Source: a virus (lineage: Duplodnaviria; Caudoviricetes). Taken from it: DNA of 56,186 nucleotides. This document shows, piece after piece, positions 10,211 through 20,635 of the stretch. The stretch covers positions 1 to 56,186 of the IMG/VR virus record IMGVR_UViG_3300030012_002778. One strand, given 5' to 3'. Within the stretch, counting starts at the first letter, position 1; every line of letters begins with the position of its first letter. Below the pieces are notes generated by a model. The model worked only from the letters and a program-made list of their open reading frames with translations, was not told the DNA's origin and did not search any database. Both the position numbers and the translations under genes were made by a program.

Positions 10211-10226
10211 ACTATATAAAGAACAC
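10211..10226 (-). promoter_or_regulatory. Archaeal TATA box upstream of the protease-capsid operon
   Basis: Minus strand GTGTTCTTTATATAGT in the ligase-protease intergenic gap. Confidence 0.55.
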
Positions 10227-10227
10227 A

Positions 10228-12735
10228 CTATTTAGACGGTATTCTAGTTCCTTTGAACTTATCTTCATATATGTTCCATATACCTTTATCTGAATCTTTA
10301 TCGGCTGGTTCTTGCTTAAACCCAGTCCAAGCCAACCACATTCTTTGTCCTTTAACTGGTATTACTCGGATATGAAGTTTAGTTTCAAACTTATTTCCCT
10401 TTAGGAAATATTCGTGATAGCCGTGTGTTTGGACTCCTAACTCTACTTCTCCTGAATCAATGATTTTTTCTCTTTCAAAAGACCTAGCGACCTCGGCAGG
10501 ATATTTACCCGCTTTACCAAACAAATCAAACAGTTCCTCTTCATCCTGAATATTTACTAACCAATTTATTGTCTCATCACCTAGTTTCATTACGATATTT
10601 ATTTGATTATCCTGTCTAGTGTATATTTTGAATTCTCCTTCTCTATACTCATTAGGAGTTTTATATTCTTTCTTAATATCGTCTTCTAACATTATTTTAC
10701 TAGGATTAGCAAAAAATTTGTTGTCATCAAATTCTATGCCATCTCTTTTTTCAGCCCACTCTCTAAGTTTAGATATGTCACCTTGAATGACATCTTCGTA
10801 TAGAGAGCCGTGGTCATTTAATAAATACTCATGAACTTGCTTTACTGATTTTTTTCCGTTTTCTTTTAGGTGTTGAAATATCGCTCCGGTTAATTTAGAT
10901 TGCTTAGTTTTCATTATTTCTTCTGCTTTAGATTTCCACATATCTAAATCCGCTAAGGCGTTTTTAGACATGAGGTTGTCTTCTTCAAACCCATAAATAG
11001 TAAAACCATCTAAGTCTCCTTTAATGATAACATTGGTTTCTCCATGAATATAATCAGTAACTAGAAGCCCTTTTTCTAAAGCACTAACATCATAATTTAA
11101 AGACCTCTTAGTGTCTTGGGAAAGAAATTCTAATGTTACCACTTTATCCGGCATAGTTACTTCGGGTATTTCTATGACCTTTGCCGAGAAAAGAGTATAT
11201 CTATCTCCGGTTCTCTTGACTTCATCTACCATAACTCTAACAATATCTCCAATATCTACTGCTATTTTCGTATTGAGTGCTTTACCAACTTCCATGTATT
11301 TTTTACCATCAATTTCTTTGATGTATTTTCCTTCTTCATCAGTCGGGCCAATATCAATACCAAGAGTATAGGAAAATAAATTACTTTTTGTTTTTTTCTT
11401 ATCTAAAACAACTACATCTAAATCCACAAACTTTTTCCATTTAATCCATTTTGGATTCTTTCTAGTCCCTACATAATATGTAGATGTGATGTCTTTTATG
11501 ACTACTCCTTCTGAAGTAGGTATATCCATAATTTTCTTAGAATATTCATCTACATCTTTTAGATTATCTGCTTCTCTAGTATCTTTTTTAGATGGAAAAT
11601 TGATAGCATCTGATGAATGAGAAGAATAGTTATTGAACAAAGTAGTTATTCTTCTTTCCAGTGGTTCATCTAATAAGTTCTCATCGTTATGTCGCATAAT
11701 ATCAAATACATGGCATCTTAATTCTGCGTTAGGGTATTTACCTTTGAATATATGAGCAATAGTATCTGCCCGATGTAAAGGCTCTCCTTCATCAAATAAA
11801 ATTAATTCTGCATCTAGGATACAATCTCCGTATTTTTTTTCTTTTAATTCTTTTACTTGGTCTTCACATTTATCTGTGATATCTTTTTCGTTATAAGAAA
11901 ATATTTTGATATTGTTATCTATCTTGTGTAACTGTATTCTCATACCATCATATTTTTCTTGTATGAGCCAACTTCCGCTAAATCCTTTTAATTCTTTAAT
12001 ATCATCAATTTCAAAAATTCTATACATTGGTTTGTTAGGTATGATAAAATCTGATAGGGACTTCTCTTCTTCCGACTTTTCTATATCCTTTAAGTCCTCA
12101 ACATATTCTTCACTATGTCTAGACAAAAGCAATAGGTCAAGCATTTCCATAGCGGCCTTGACTTTCTTTTCTACTTTCTTAGAGTCTTTTCCATCTCCAT
12201 AATGCTCGATAATATATAGGGATATGTCGTCCGATTCTAGGTCAAGTCCGTCAAGACCCTCCGTAATATCGTCTTTTTCTATGTCCTTGATTGCTAATAG
12301 TTCAGGAGAAAGTGCTTTATTATCGTTTCTTAAAGCATAATGAACGAATTTCATCATCGTTTCTGGATTAGACATTAATTCTTCTAAGACATCGCCTTTA
12401 AATCTTTTAGCGAATGGGTCATCAACTAAATCAGAAGTATATCTTAGTTGTTTTATTCCTTGAAATATTTTTTGCGCTTGGGAACTTAGAGGGTTTTTTG
12501 CTTCTTTATCATTTATTATTACATCAGGAATATGATTTTTTAATTCTTTACCTGCCGCATCAAGTTCTTCATATGATTCTCTAATCATTTCTATGGCATT
12601 ACGCCAACGACTCCCATATTCATTTGGGTCTTCTTTTGCTGAAAGATAGGCTACTCTAGTTTTTTCAAACAACCTCAGAATTTCTTCTGATGGCATTTTG
12701 TCTTTCTCTATATTAGCCAATTTCACCAATACCAC
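10228..12735 (-). CDS. lig: ATP-dependent DNA ligase with N- and C-terminal extensions
   Basis: Motif I QEKYDGMR, ILDAEL, VFDIM, EGVVIK, WIKWK, DVVV, followed by OB domain. Confidence 0.9.
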   Translation of the reverse strand: MVLVKLANIEKDKMPSEEILRLFEKTRVAYLSAKEDPNEYGSRWRNAIEMIRESYEELDAAGKELKNHIPDVIINDKEAKNPLSSQAQKIFQGIKQLRYTSDLVDDPFAKRFKGDVLEELMSNPETMMKFVHYALRNDNKALSPELLAIKDIEKDDITEGLDGLDLESDDISLYIIEHYGDGKDSKKVEKKVKAAMEMLDLLLLSRHSEEYVEDLKDIEKSEEEKSLSDFIIPNKPMYRIFEIDDIKELKGFSGSWLIQEKYDGMRIQLHKIDNNIKIFSYNEKDITDKCEDQVKELKEKKYGDCILDAELILFDEGEPLHRADTIAHIFKGKYPNAELRCHVFDIMRHNDENLLDEPLERRITTLFNNYSSHSSDAINFPSKKDTREADNLKDVDEYSKKIMDIPTSEGVVIKDITSTYYVGTRKNPKWIKWKKFVDLDVVVLDKKKTKSNLFSYTLGIDIGPTDEEGKYIKEIDGKKYMEVGKALNTKIAVDIGDIVRVMVDEVKRTGDRYTLFSAKVIEIPEVTMPDKVVTLEFLSQDTKRSLNYDVSALEKGLLVTDYIHGETNVIIKGDLDGFTIYGFEEDNLMSKNALADLDMWKSKAEEIMKTKQSKLTGAIFQHLKENGKKSVKQVHEYLLNDHGSLYEDVIQGDISKLREWAEKRDGIEFDDNKFFANPSKIMLEDDIKKEYKTPNEYREGEFKIYTRQDNQINIVMKLGDETINWLVNIQDEEELFDLFGKAGKYPAEVARSFEREKIIDSGEVELGVQTHGYHEYFLKGNKFETKLHIRVIPVKGQRMWLAWTGFKQEPADKDSDKGIWNIYEDKFKGTRIPSK

Positions 12736-12739
12736 CTAC

Positions 12740-13243
12740 TTAGCGGTATTGTTGAGTTCTTGGAAGAAGGGGAACAGAAGGTGTTTTCTTTTCTGTTGTT
12801 TGCATGGCTCTAGCAAGTCCTCTTATCGTTGCCTGTGCTGACTCATTAAATGATTTATCATTACCGTCTTGTTTGTATTTATCAAGAAGCATTCCCAATT
12901 CTTTTGTTGCTGCTTCTATTTCTTTCTGTGCCTTTTCATATCTTTCTTTATTTAATACCGGATTATCGTCATAGTCGGATTCTAAAATTTGTTTTAGTAT
13001 ATCTATAGCCTTCTTGAATTCTGTGATTTCTCCTGCTAAACCATAACCATCTTTCTTTCTAGTTTGGTTTTTTATTTTATCAGCCTTTTCTGCTTTTGGT
13101 CTTTTTACCTTTACAGTTTCATAATCATCTTTTTCTGGTAGGCGATTGCCTTGCATTGACTGATAGAGTATTTCTTTCGCTTCTCTAGCCTTTTCAATAA
13201 CTAGGCTTACCATTCTTTCTTCTTTTGTTACTCTTTCCGGCAT
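12740..13243 (-). CDS. Hypothetical protein
   Basis: 167-aa ORF coupled to neighbours. Confidence 0.7.
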   Translation of the reverse strand: MPERVTKEERMVSLVIEKAREAKEILYQSMQGNRLPEKDDYETVKVKRPKAEKADKIKNQTRKKDGYGLAGEITEFKKAIDILKQILESDYDDNPVLNKERYEKAQKEIEAATKELGMLLDKYKQDGNDKSFNESAQATIRGLARAMQTTEKKTPSVPLLPRTQQYR

Positions 13244-13485
13244 TATTGACCACCTGCTCTTTCTACCATTTTATGAATATCAGACCAGTCCATATTTGAA
13301 ATATCTGCAACCTCTCCACCTATTTTATTATCCATAGATGGGACAGGACTCTCACTCACGACAAAACCTGCTTTCATCAATAGGCTGTCTTTCGCATATA
13401 TGGTTCTTTCTAACGCCTCTACTTTGTTTGATAAGGCTTTTATTATCTCTAGCATTTCTTCATTAATTGTTTTTTCTTCACTCAT
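13243..13485 (-). CDS. Small scaffold-like protein (shares scaffold C-terminal motif)
   Basis: Ends ISNMDWSDIHKMVERAGGQ versus scaffold LAEMDWNDIHKMVGGI; short coiled coil. Confidence 0.7.
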   Translation of the reverse strand: MSEEKTINEEMLEIIKALSNKVEALERTIYAKDSLLMKAGFVVSESPVPSMDNKIGGEVADISNMDWSDIHKMVERAGGQ

Positions 13486-13489
13486 ATTA

Positions 13490-13843
13490 TCACTTCTTTT
13501 TTTGTGGATGAACTAAATCATATAATTGTCTATACAATAATTCATATTCTTTTCTTAATTTAGTGGCTGTGGCTACAATATCAATATTGCGCTCACCCAT
13601 AGATTTCATTTTCTTATTTAGTTTCTTATCTGATTTGGTTAGTTCTAATTGTTGCATAATTGAAATTAAGTCTCCTAGTTTAGTAAAGTCCTGACCGAAA
13701 AATTCAGTTGGTTCTGCGGCTTGTAATGTCTTTTTTAGTTTCTTTCTACCTTTAGCATCTAAAGAATCCAATATTTTCTTTGGAGACTTATCTTCTTTTT
13801 TGAAAGTTATTTCTCTTCCATCTTCATAATAATCCCAAGTCAT
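13490..13843 (-). CDS. Hypothetical protein
   Basis: 117-aa ORF, coupled. Confidence 0.7.
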   Translation of the reverse strand: MTWDYYEDGREITFKKEDKSPKKILDSLDAKGRKKLKKTLQAAEPTEFFGQDFTKLGDLISIMQQLELTKSDKKLNKKMKSMGERNIDIVATATKLRKEYELLYRQLYDLVHPQKKK

Positions 13844-15600
13844 GTTCTTCCCTCCATTAATCTGTAGGCTTCCTGTGTATCATCATAGGTTATTTCTCTA
13901 GCCATGTTTCTAACTAAATTATTAGTAAATCTCTCTACTCTTTCAAATAAATTTTCCACTTCCGCACCAAGCCTATCCAATCTATTAATATCTCTATTAT
14001 TGATGGTATCGAATCCTTCTATTAAGTCTAATCCTTCTATTTCTAGTGTTGCTCTCCGTTGTGGTCTTTGTCCTGCTTCGCCAGTAATCCAATCCATAAA
14101 TTCTTCCGCTTCCATTTCATCTAGAGTATCAATAATCCTAGACATCTCTTTTAATTTTTTATCTATGCTTTGTATTGCATTTACGATTCTTCTAAAACTT
14201 GATTGAGATTCGGAGTCTCTTCTTTCAACTAATTCTCTAATCTGTTGTCTTTCTGACAATGACCTGCCTTCAGGTCTAGGAGAAGGACGATTCATTTGAA
14301 CCAATATTCTACTTATCTCTTGCACTTCCGGCAAATATTGATTAATTCTTTCTATCTCTCTATTGACTTTAGTTAATTTAGTTCTTTCTATTTCTATATC
14401 TCTTTGAAGTTCTTCTGTTGCTTCTTCAATATATTCTTCGCTATTTTGCTGTATATCTCTAATGGTATTTTTAAGACCCTTGACTTGAGTTCCTAAAGCA
14501 ACATCTTCCTCTACAGTTGAAGGCTTTTTTCTCTTTCCTGTTTCATCTAACATTCCTTGTTCGAGTAAAATCTTTACTCCATCAGTCATAGATTTTATTT
14601 TTCTAGCAATTATTTTTTCTGCTCCATCGTTTTCAATAAATTCTAATTCCGCAATAACGCTCTCTATATATTCTTGTGAATTATTTAATTTTTCTAAATT
14701 CTTTCTCATGTTATTGACTATTTTTACTGCTTTTTCATAGTCCTCATCTTTTACAGGCATACCTTTAACTCTTGATATTGCCCTTGAAATATCTTTTTTA
14801 TATCTGCCAATATTTCTGTATGCAGTAGGTTGTCTTTTGTAAGTATTAATATGTAATCTAGAAAATGCTTCTCCTAAACTCATATCTCTATTACCAACAT
14901 TAGAATTAAAAACAGACAATAGATTATCTGTAAGAGTAGAGATATTTACATCTTCTTTTCCCTTTAGAGGAAAATCACCTTGAGCATTGAAATGTCTTCT
15001 GTATTTATTTACTAAAAAGTTCTTATCTTTTTCATCTAATATTTTCATCAAATTTAGGTATGAATTTGATTTTTGTTGGGTATTAAATTCACTAGCATAA
15101 GCAGTTTGACCTCTAAAAGAAAAATTGGACGGTTCGCTTTCGTCTCTTGTTATTTCTAAATTTTGAACTAAGTCTCTTGTGGCCTTTAGATATCCCATTA
15201 TCATTTTTACTTCTCTTAAATATCTATCATATTGTTTTTCCATCTCAGTCTTTCCAGTCTTTTTCTTTTTACCTTCAAGTTCAGAAGTTAAGTCTCCTGC
15301 TGTTTCTAATTCACTGTCATCTCTTTGCGCTGTATCGGGGCTTTGAGCAGATTGTTCTTGTTCAGACATTTCCTGCGCTCTTGCTTCAGATACTTCTTGT
15401 TCACTAGCAAACTCTTCTTCCGCCTTGAGAATAAATTTTCTATATTGAACAATATTGTTAGAATTTATGTTATCAATTAAAGATTTTTTAATTTCAATAA
15501 TGCTTGCATCAGATTCAACTAAAGATAGTGTATGCTCATCTATGTCTGCCTTCAAAAGAATATTTTTCAAAGACTTATCTTTAGTTAATTCAATAAACAT
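13840..15600 (-). CDS. Large helical/coiled-coil protein (possible internal head protein)
   Basis: 586 aa, Glu/Arg/Lys-rich; N-terminal ILLKA and FILKA motifs. Confidence 0.65.
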   Translation of the reverse strand: MFIELTKDKSLKNILLKADIDEHTLSLVESDASIIEIKKSLIDNINSNNIVQYRKFILKAEEEFASEQEVSEARAQEMSEQEQSAQSPDTAQRDDSELETAGDLTSELEGKKKKTGKTEMEKQYDRYLREVKMIMGYLKATRDLVQNLEITRDESEPSNFSFRGQTAYASEFNTQQKSNSYLNLMKILDEKDKNFLVNKYRRHFNAQGDFPLKGKEDVNISTLTDNLLSVFNSNVGNRDMSLGEAFSRLHINTYKRQPTAYRNIGRYKKDISRAISRVKGMPVKDEDYEKAVKIVNNMRKNLEKLNNSQEYIESVIAELEFIENDGAEKIIARKIKSMTDGVKILLEQGMLDETGKRKKPSTVEEDVALGTQVKGLKNTIRDIQQNSEEYIEEATEELQRDIEIERTKLTKVNREIERINQYLPEVQEISRILVQMNRPSPRPEGRSLSERQQIRELVERRDSESQSSFRRIVNAIQSIDKKLKEMSRIIDTLDEMEAEEFMDWITGEAGQRPQRRATLEIEGLDLIEGFDTINNRDINRLDRLGAEVENLFERVERFTNNLVRNMAREITYDDTQEAYRLMEGRT

Positions 15601-15609
15601 CTAATCGCC

Positions 15610-15855
15610 TCAAAATGGAATATTTTCTTTTTTCTTTCTTTTCATAGGAGGCAATAGAACTACATCGGGACTTGCCGTTGAAGGTATTGCTTTATGCGAA
15701 GTATCGGGAGGTAAGCCTCCTAACGATAAATCTCTAGTTTTTCTTACTTTAGCATCGGCATTAGCATTGATAGCCTTTACTTTTGCTAATTCTTTTTTCA
15801 ATCTAATTTCTTTTTGTCTTAGGTCTTCAGTCATTTTAACCAACTCTTCTTTCAT
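15610..15855 (-). CDS. Hypothetical protein
   Basis: 81 aa, overlaps portal stop. Confidence 0.6.
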   Translation of the reverse strand: MKEELVKMTEDLRQKEIRLKKELAKVKAINANADAKVRKTRDLSLGGLPPDTSHKAIPSTASPDVVLLPPMKRKKKENIPF

Positions 15856-17494
15856 TTCTAGTGTCTACATTTTGGTTTCCTGCATCTACTGGCAATCCTG
15901 TTAATCTTTTATCGGGGCCAACACTCATTCTTGGTTTATTTCTAGTTGCAGGTGGATTTGCTTGTGGTGTGCTTAGTGCTTGTTCTTGCATTTGTCCTAA
16001 TTGAGAAGCATCTATATTTGTTCCTGCGTATGGGTCTAATTCAACTTTTCCCTCATCTTTGGCTGATTCTCCTTCTTTTGGCTCTTGTGGTTCGGGTTTC
16101 TTAAAGGTAAATTGACCATCTTCATCCATATCTACCTCAAATCCTAAATTCTTAGTAGATGCAGCAATATTAACTTCTATTTCTCTTTTTCTCAGAACTG
16201 CGATTTCATCTTCCTCTTCGCTTGGTGGTAGTTTTAAGTTCCAATCAGTTATTCCAAATTGTTTTACTAAGAATGGAAAAACATAATTGTTGTAAACATT
16301 CTGTGCCATTTGAACGGCTCTATTAGTTACAAGTATTTGCATACCCTCATTATTTAATCCACCACTAGTAGTATTGTCAGCCATGAATACTTTACTTACT
16401 CCGTAAAATGCAGATATTCTATCTCTTAAATCATCTTTAACAGAAACATAATCCATTTCTTTTAGACTATCCATGAACTTAATCCACTCAACTGCGCCTT
16501 TGCCATTTTCGGCTTCAATACCCATAACAGGAATAAAGTGAGGGTCTTGTTCCATTTTCTCTTTGACTGCTCTCCAAAAAGATTTCATAGAATCCATATT
16601 ACGAGTTTGAACGGCTAATAATCCCTTTGGCATTCTACTCTTAGTGTAAGAAGAATTTACATAATTTTCCATGGCGATAAGGGTCATGATATTGTTATAC
16701 AGGGTAATTATCGGTGACATACCATAAAGCCTAGAAGGATTATATTTACTAAAGTGAAGAACCTCGCCTTTTAAGAAATATTGGTCTTTGCCATTTACTC
16801 TATTTACATAATGAACCGGAAATAAATTTGAACCGCATTCCTCGCATTGGTCGTGAGGTTCTGTTGATAACATGCCCCTATGATTTACACAGGTAAACCC
16901 TTTAGTTCCTCTTTGTCCTAATTCATCAGTGTAAATAGCCATAGTTACAGGGTCGCCTCTATATACTTCTTTGATTCTATGCATTCTAATTTTACCATTA
17001 CCATCAATAAAATATTCTTTGACTAAAACAATATAGGCATCGTCCATTATGTTTAAGTCATCTTCCAACTCTCTAAGAACATCAATAAACAATTGTTCAG
17101 ATTTATTGACATAACCCTCTATGAATTTTTCAGCATATTCTAATTGTGCAACATCGGGCTTTTTCAAATCTGTAGAGCCACATCTTAAACACTCTTGAAC
17201 AGGTCTTTGGTGTTCCTTTCCACAATCATTACATCTTGCTTCATAGGCTTTCTCCCAAACATATCCTCTACGAAAAACCTCTTGTTTTAATTGAGTAATA
17301 CAGGTTCTTGCTATAACTGATTGGTTTACGATATGATAGATTATGGGCGCAGTCATTAGATTTGCTTGTTGCCTTTCTTGAATACCAATGTTGTATATTT
17401 TTCTATCAGCCGGTTTAGGGGTCGCTCTCCTAAACAAATTAGTTATGCTAAATCGTCTTCTTTCCTCAACCATAGCAATACCCCTATTCAGCAA
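15836..17494 (-). CDS. Portal protein with Zn-ribbon insertions
   Basis: 'RLYGMSPI', 'PKGLLAV', 'RDRISAFYGVS' HK97-type portal motifs; CxxC pairs (CNDC, CLRC, CEEC); between terminase and protease. Confidence 0.85.
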   Translation of the reverse strand: MLNRGIAMVEERRRFSITNLFRRATPKPADRKIYNIGIQERQQANLMTAPIIYHIVNQSVIARTCITQLKQEVFRRGYVWEKAYEARCNDCGKEHQRPVQECLRCGSTDLKKPDVAQLEYAEKFIEGYVNKSEQLFIDVLRELEDDLNIMDDAYIVLVKEYFIDGNGKIRMHRIKEVYRGDPVTMAIYTDELGQRGTKGFTCVNHRGMLSTEPHDQCEECGSNLFPVHYVNRVNGKDQYFLKGEVLHFSKYNPSRLYGMSPIITLYNNIMTLIAMENYVNSSYTKSRMPKGLLAVQTRNMDSMKSFWRAVKEKMEQDPHFIPVMGIEAENGKGAVEWIKFMDSLKEMDYVSVKDDLRDRISAFYGVSKVFMADNTTSGGLNNEGMQILVTNRAVQMAQNVYNNYVFPFLVKQFGITDWNLKLPPSEEEDEIAVLRKREIEVNIAASTKNLGFEVDMDEDGQFTFKKPEPQEPKEGESAKDEGKVELDPYAGTNIDASQLGQMQEQALSTPQANPPATRNKPRMSVGPDKRLTGLPVDAGNQNVDTRNERRVG

Positions 17495-18377
17495 CAGGCT
17501 TGGCTTCTGTTATCAATGCTTCGGGAACCGTAGAGCCACGCTCTAGATTCCTAACTAGTTCAGTAGCGTAATATAAATTCTTTATATCTACATTAGTTTC
17601 ATAGCCATTATTATCAGCCCAATGTATTAATTGATTAGTAGAAAGATTACTACCACTATTAGGAATGAAAGGACAACCCCCTAATCCATTTATACTTGAG
17701 TCAAACATACCAACTCCCCATTCAGCCGCAACTTTTACATTATCAAAAATATCTCTCCTAATGTTTGGATTTTTATGGAGATGTAGGGCTATCTTAGCAT
17801 CTATTCCTCTAGTCAATTCTAAAACTTGAACCATTTGTGTAGGGTGCGATACTCCTATAGTATCGCATAGGACAACGGTTTCGGCTAGATAATCAGCCTT
17901 TAGAATAGCATCTCTAAGAGCATGGTCTTTTGGTTTGCCTTCAAACGGACATCCAAAAGCACAAGAAATGTAAGCCCTTACATTCTTTCTGTCTATATCT
18001 ACTAACATCTCATCTAGTTCTTCAAATTTATCTTGTAGGCTCATGTTGAGATTTCTTTTGTTAAATTCCTTAGAAACAGAAAAGAAAATATTCATGTTTT
18101 TTGCTCCGGATTTTACTGCTCTATCAAATCCTTTTTGGTTAGGAACAAGCACTCCGAAATCTCCCAATTCTTTTGTTGATTCAAACACTTCTTCTGCGTC
18201 TGACATATTAGGAACTTTTTTTGGATGAACAAATGAAGCAATCTCCATATTGTGTAATCCTGCATGATACAACTCTCTTATTAAAGTAATTTTATTATTT
18301 GTAGACATAGAGAACCTACTATTTTGTAGGCCGTCTCTTGGCCCTACTTCATAAATCTCTATATCCATTTTAATCAC
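17484..18377 (-). CDS. Hydroxymethylglutaryl-CoA lyase-like (DRE-TIM metallolyase)
   Basis: EVGPRDGLQN, AFGCPFEG, LCDTIG, HLH, GLGGCPF motifs. Confidence 0.85.
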   Translation of the reverse strand: MIKMDIEIYEVGPRDGLQNSRFSMSTNNKITLIRELYHAGLHNMEIASFVHPKKVPNMSDAEEVFESTKELGDFGVLVPNQKGFDRAVKSGAKNMNIFFSVSKEFNKRNLNMSLQDKFEELDEMLVDIDRKNVRAYISCAFGCPFEGKPKDHALRDAILKADYLAETVVLCDTIGVSHPTQMVQVLELTRGIDAKIALHLHKNPNIRRDIFDNVKVAAEWGVGMFDSSINGLGGCPFIPNSGSNLSTNQLIHWADNNGYETNVDIKNLYYATELVRNLERGSTVPEALITEAKPVAE

Positions 18378-20626
18378 AACTTGCTCGCTAAAAATGCAAC
18401 ATGGTGGCTCATTTGATTTTCAGGATATGCTTTCAGTTCTTCTACTGTTATCCATTTATAGTCGCTATGTTCAAAGGATAGAGTAGGGTTCCAGTCTTCT
18501 TCTACATCTATTCTAAAACAATGGTATTTCTTTGGCGGTGTCATATTTTTATCAAAGTGAACTCCTACTTTTGATGAGGGTTTTTTATTTAATCCAAGTT
18601 CTTCACCCGCCTCAATCATACAGACCTTTTCAGCATTAGGAGTCCCGTCTTCATTAAACTCATCTAGTTCTTCTATCTTGCCACCTGCAAATTCCCAAAG
18701 ACCTATCATTGTATCTTCTTCGGGGGAACGCTCAACAATTAGAATCTTATCTCCTTTGTAGACTGCTACACCTGCCGCATGGCGAACACCGTCTTTATCT
18801 AACAAAAATTTCTTTGGGTTATTTCCTTTAGCATACCAAGAGAGTCCTTTTCTTTGCATTTCTTCAGTATCTTCCTTTACTATTTTTTCCACTATAAAAT
18901 CATCAATAGTATAGTCTTTATCAACAGAACCAGCCGCCCTACCGTATCCTATATTCAACGCTATCTGCATTATTGATTCAGCAGTAGGTTTCTTTCTTTG
19001 TGGTATTCTTACCAACTGATTATAGAAGTGAGAAGGCTTTGCGCCATTCTCATCAAAGTCATCTGACTTATCATCTAAATTTACTTTACCGTCTTTAATT
19101 GGTATCTTCCAATCATAATCTAATGGTTCTTTACCAAATGCCTTTTCTATTTTTGGTATTTGTTCATTCCACCAAGACCTGCCATCAAAATCGCTATCGT
19201 TTGATAATAGTCTTTCTGCTTCGTCTTTAATATAATCGAACATCTCTTCTAAGTTATCTGCCTTAGCAATAATCCCACCGATATTTTCTAGTTCATCCAT
19301 CACAGACATTTTACAGTTATCTTTGAATTTCTGAATATCATCTAGATAAATTCCTTCTTTTAGCCAATCAAAACCCACATGGTCTTTATGATTCTCCCAC
19401 TTCATTAGTTTGAAAATTTCATCACAACGGCTCTTATACCAGTCAGCCTTCTTGTAAGATTTTTTCATGCGTATTAATTCTAATAGTAGTTCAGCATTAC
19501 CTTTCTTTAGCCTAAAATGCGGTAGGCATTTTGTTAGTAATTTTGTCACATCATCTTGTGAATAAAAATTAAGTCTGTTAATTAGTCTAGTATCTTGTGG
19601 TGATTTTTGGTCTAAGTGCATACGACCAAAACCAATTGACTTATGCATTTCTTCCATGAATGCCCGACCTCTAGTTCCTGTAGCAACTAATCCAACTCTA
19701 GGATTCATGTTGCGGTCAAGGGTGATATAACCATCTGAATCAATAAAAGCAGCACAGTAGGCCCAAATATTCTTTTTCATCATAGAAGGCATTTTGTAAT
19801 ATGCTCCATTAGACGAAACAATATCTAATTTTTTTATCATCTTAGAAATCATATTGGGTGAAGATATTTTGAAAAGAGGAGTAGGCATCTTTTCATGTAT
19901 TTCTCTTGCACCTATTCCTTGATTTTCGCAAACCATTTTTATAATAAAATCCTGCTGTCTTTCTTTTTTACTTTTTACTATGGATTGGTCAGTAACTTTA
20001 GCAATAGCATCTCTAAATTCTTTTTTTGCTAAACGCATATTTTTTTGTATTTCGCTATATTCTTTAGAGTAAGCCATATCTCTTTGTTCTAAATCTAATT
20101 CCCAATATTTACACAACGCATCTACAGTTTGTCTTCTAGTTTCAGCATCTTTCATCTTGTGTAATTTATGTAGGTCTTTTTCATTAAATCTCATATTTAG
20201 TAAAGGAACAGAATAAGGAGTTAGCCAATGAATTGACTCAATACATTTTTTCAAGTGGTCACTATATGCATCTATCATTGTGTCAATAGCCTTAGACATC
20301 TTTTCTCTTTGTTCTCCTTTAAGTTCTCTTCTAGCCTTTCTCATTTTTCTAACTAAGTCAGGTATGGTTTGGTCTTGAACCATATATTTAGGAGGGAAAT
20401 TATCTAATTGTTTTCTTGCTTCTGTCGCATTTATGTTTAGTTCGTTAGATAATTTAGAAATTTCTTCATGCTCGGCCATAACATATCCATAGCCTAAGAC
20501 ACCTTTCAACTCAATATCTATTTCTCTCTCTACTGTCTCTTTTACTTCGGCTTCTTCTTCATCAAGTTCAGCAAGCCTTTCCATTTGTTGTGCCGCTTGC
20601 CTGTATTTGTCAGCCTGTTCTGTCAT
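18374..20626 (-). CDS. Multidomain protein: helical N-region, LAGLIDADG endonuclease-like domain, C-terminal Nudix hydrolase
   Basis: 'YCAAFIDSDGYI...LPHFRLKK' LAGLIDADG pattern; 'GLWEFAGGKIE...EAGEELGL' Nudix box and 'EHSDYKWIT'. Confidence 0.8.
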   Translation of the reverse strand: MTEQADKYRQAAQQMERLAELDEEEAEVKETVEREIDIELKGVLGYGYVMAEHEEISKLSNELNINATEARKQLDNFPPKYMVQDQTIPDLVRKMRKARRELKGEQREKMSKAIDTMIDAYSDHLKKCIESIHWLTPYSVPLLNMRFNEKDLHKLHKMKDAETRRQTVDALCKYWELDLEQRDMAYSKEYSEIQKNMRLAKKEFRDAIAKVTDQSIVKSKKERQQDFIIKMVCENQGIGAREIHEKMPTPLFKISSPNMISKMIKKLDIVSSNGAYYKMPSMMKKNIWAYCAAFIDSDGYITLDRNMNPRVGLVATGTRGRAFMEEMHKSIGFGRMHLDQKSPQDTRLINRLNFYSQDDVTKLLTKCLPHFRLKKGNAELLLELIRMKKSYKKADWYKSRCDEIFKLMKWENHKDHVGFDWLKEGIYLDDIQKFKDNCKMSVMDELENIGGIIAKADNLEEMFDYIKDEAERLLSNDSDFDGRSWWNEQIPKIEKAFGKEPLDYDWKIPIKDGKVNLDDKSDDFDENGAKPSHFYNQLVRIPQRKKPTAESIMQIALNIGYGRAAGSVDKDYTIDDFIVEKIVKEDTEEMQRKGLSWYAKGNNPKKFLLDKDGVRHAAGVAVYKGDKILIVERSPEEDTMIGLWEFAGGKIEELDEFNEDGTPNAEKVCMIEAGEELGLNKKPSSKVGVHFDKNMTPPKKYHCFRIDVEEDWNPTLSFEHSDYKWITVEELKAYPENQMSHHVAFLASKL

Positions 20627-20635
20627 AGTATCACC

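Noticed and set aside
19300-19800. Intein containing the LAGLIDADG domain
   Set aside because: No recognisable N-terminal C/S splicing block or C-terminal HN-[CST] around the domain.
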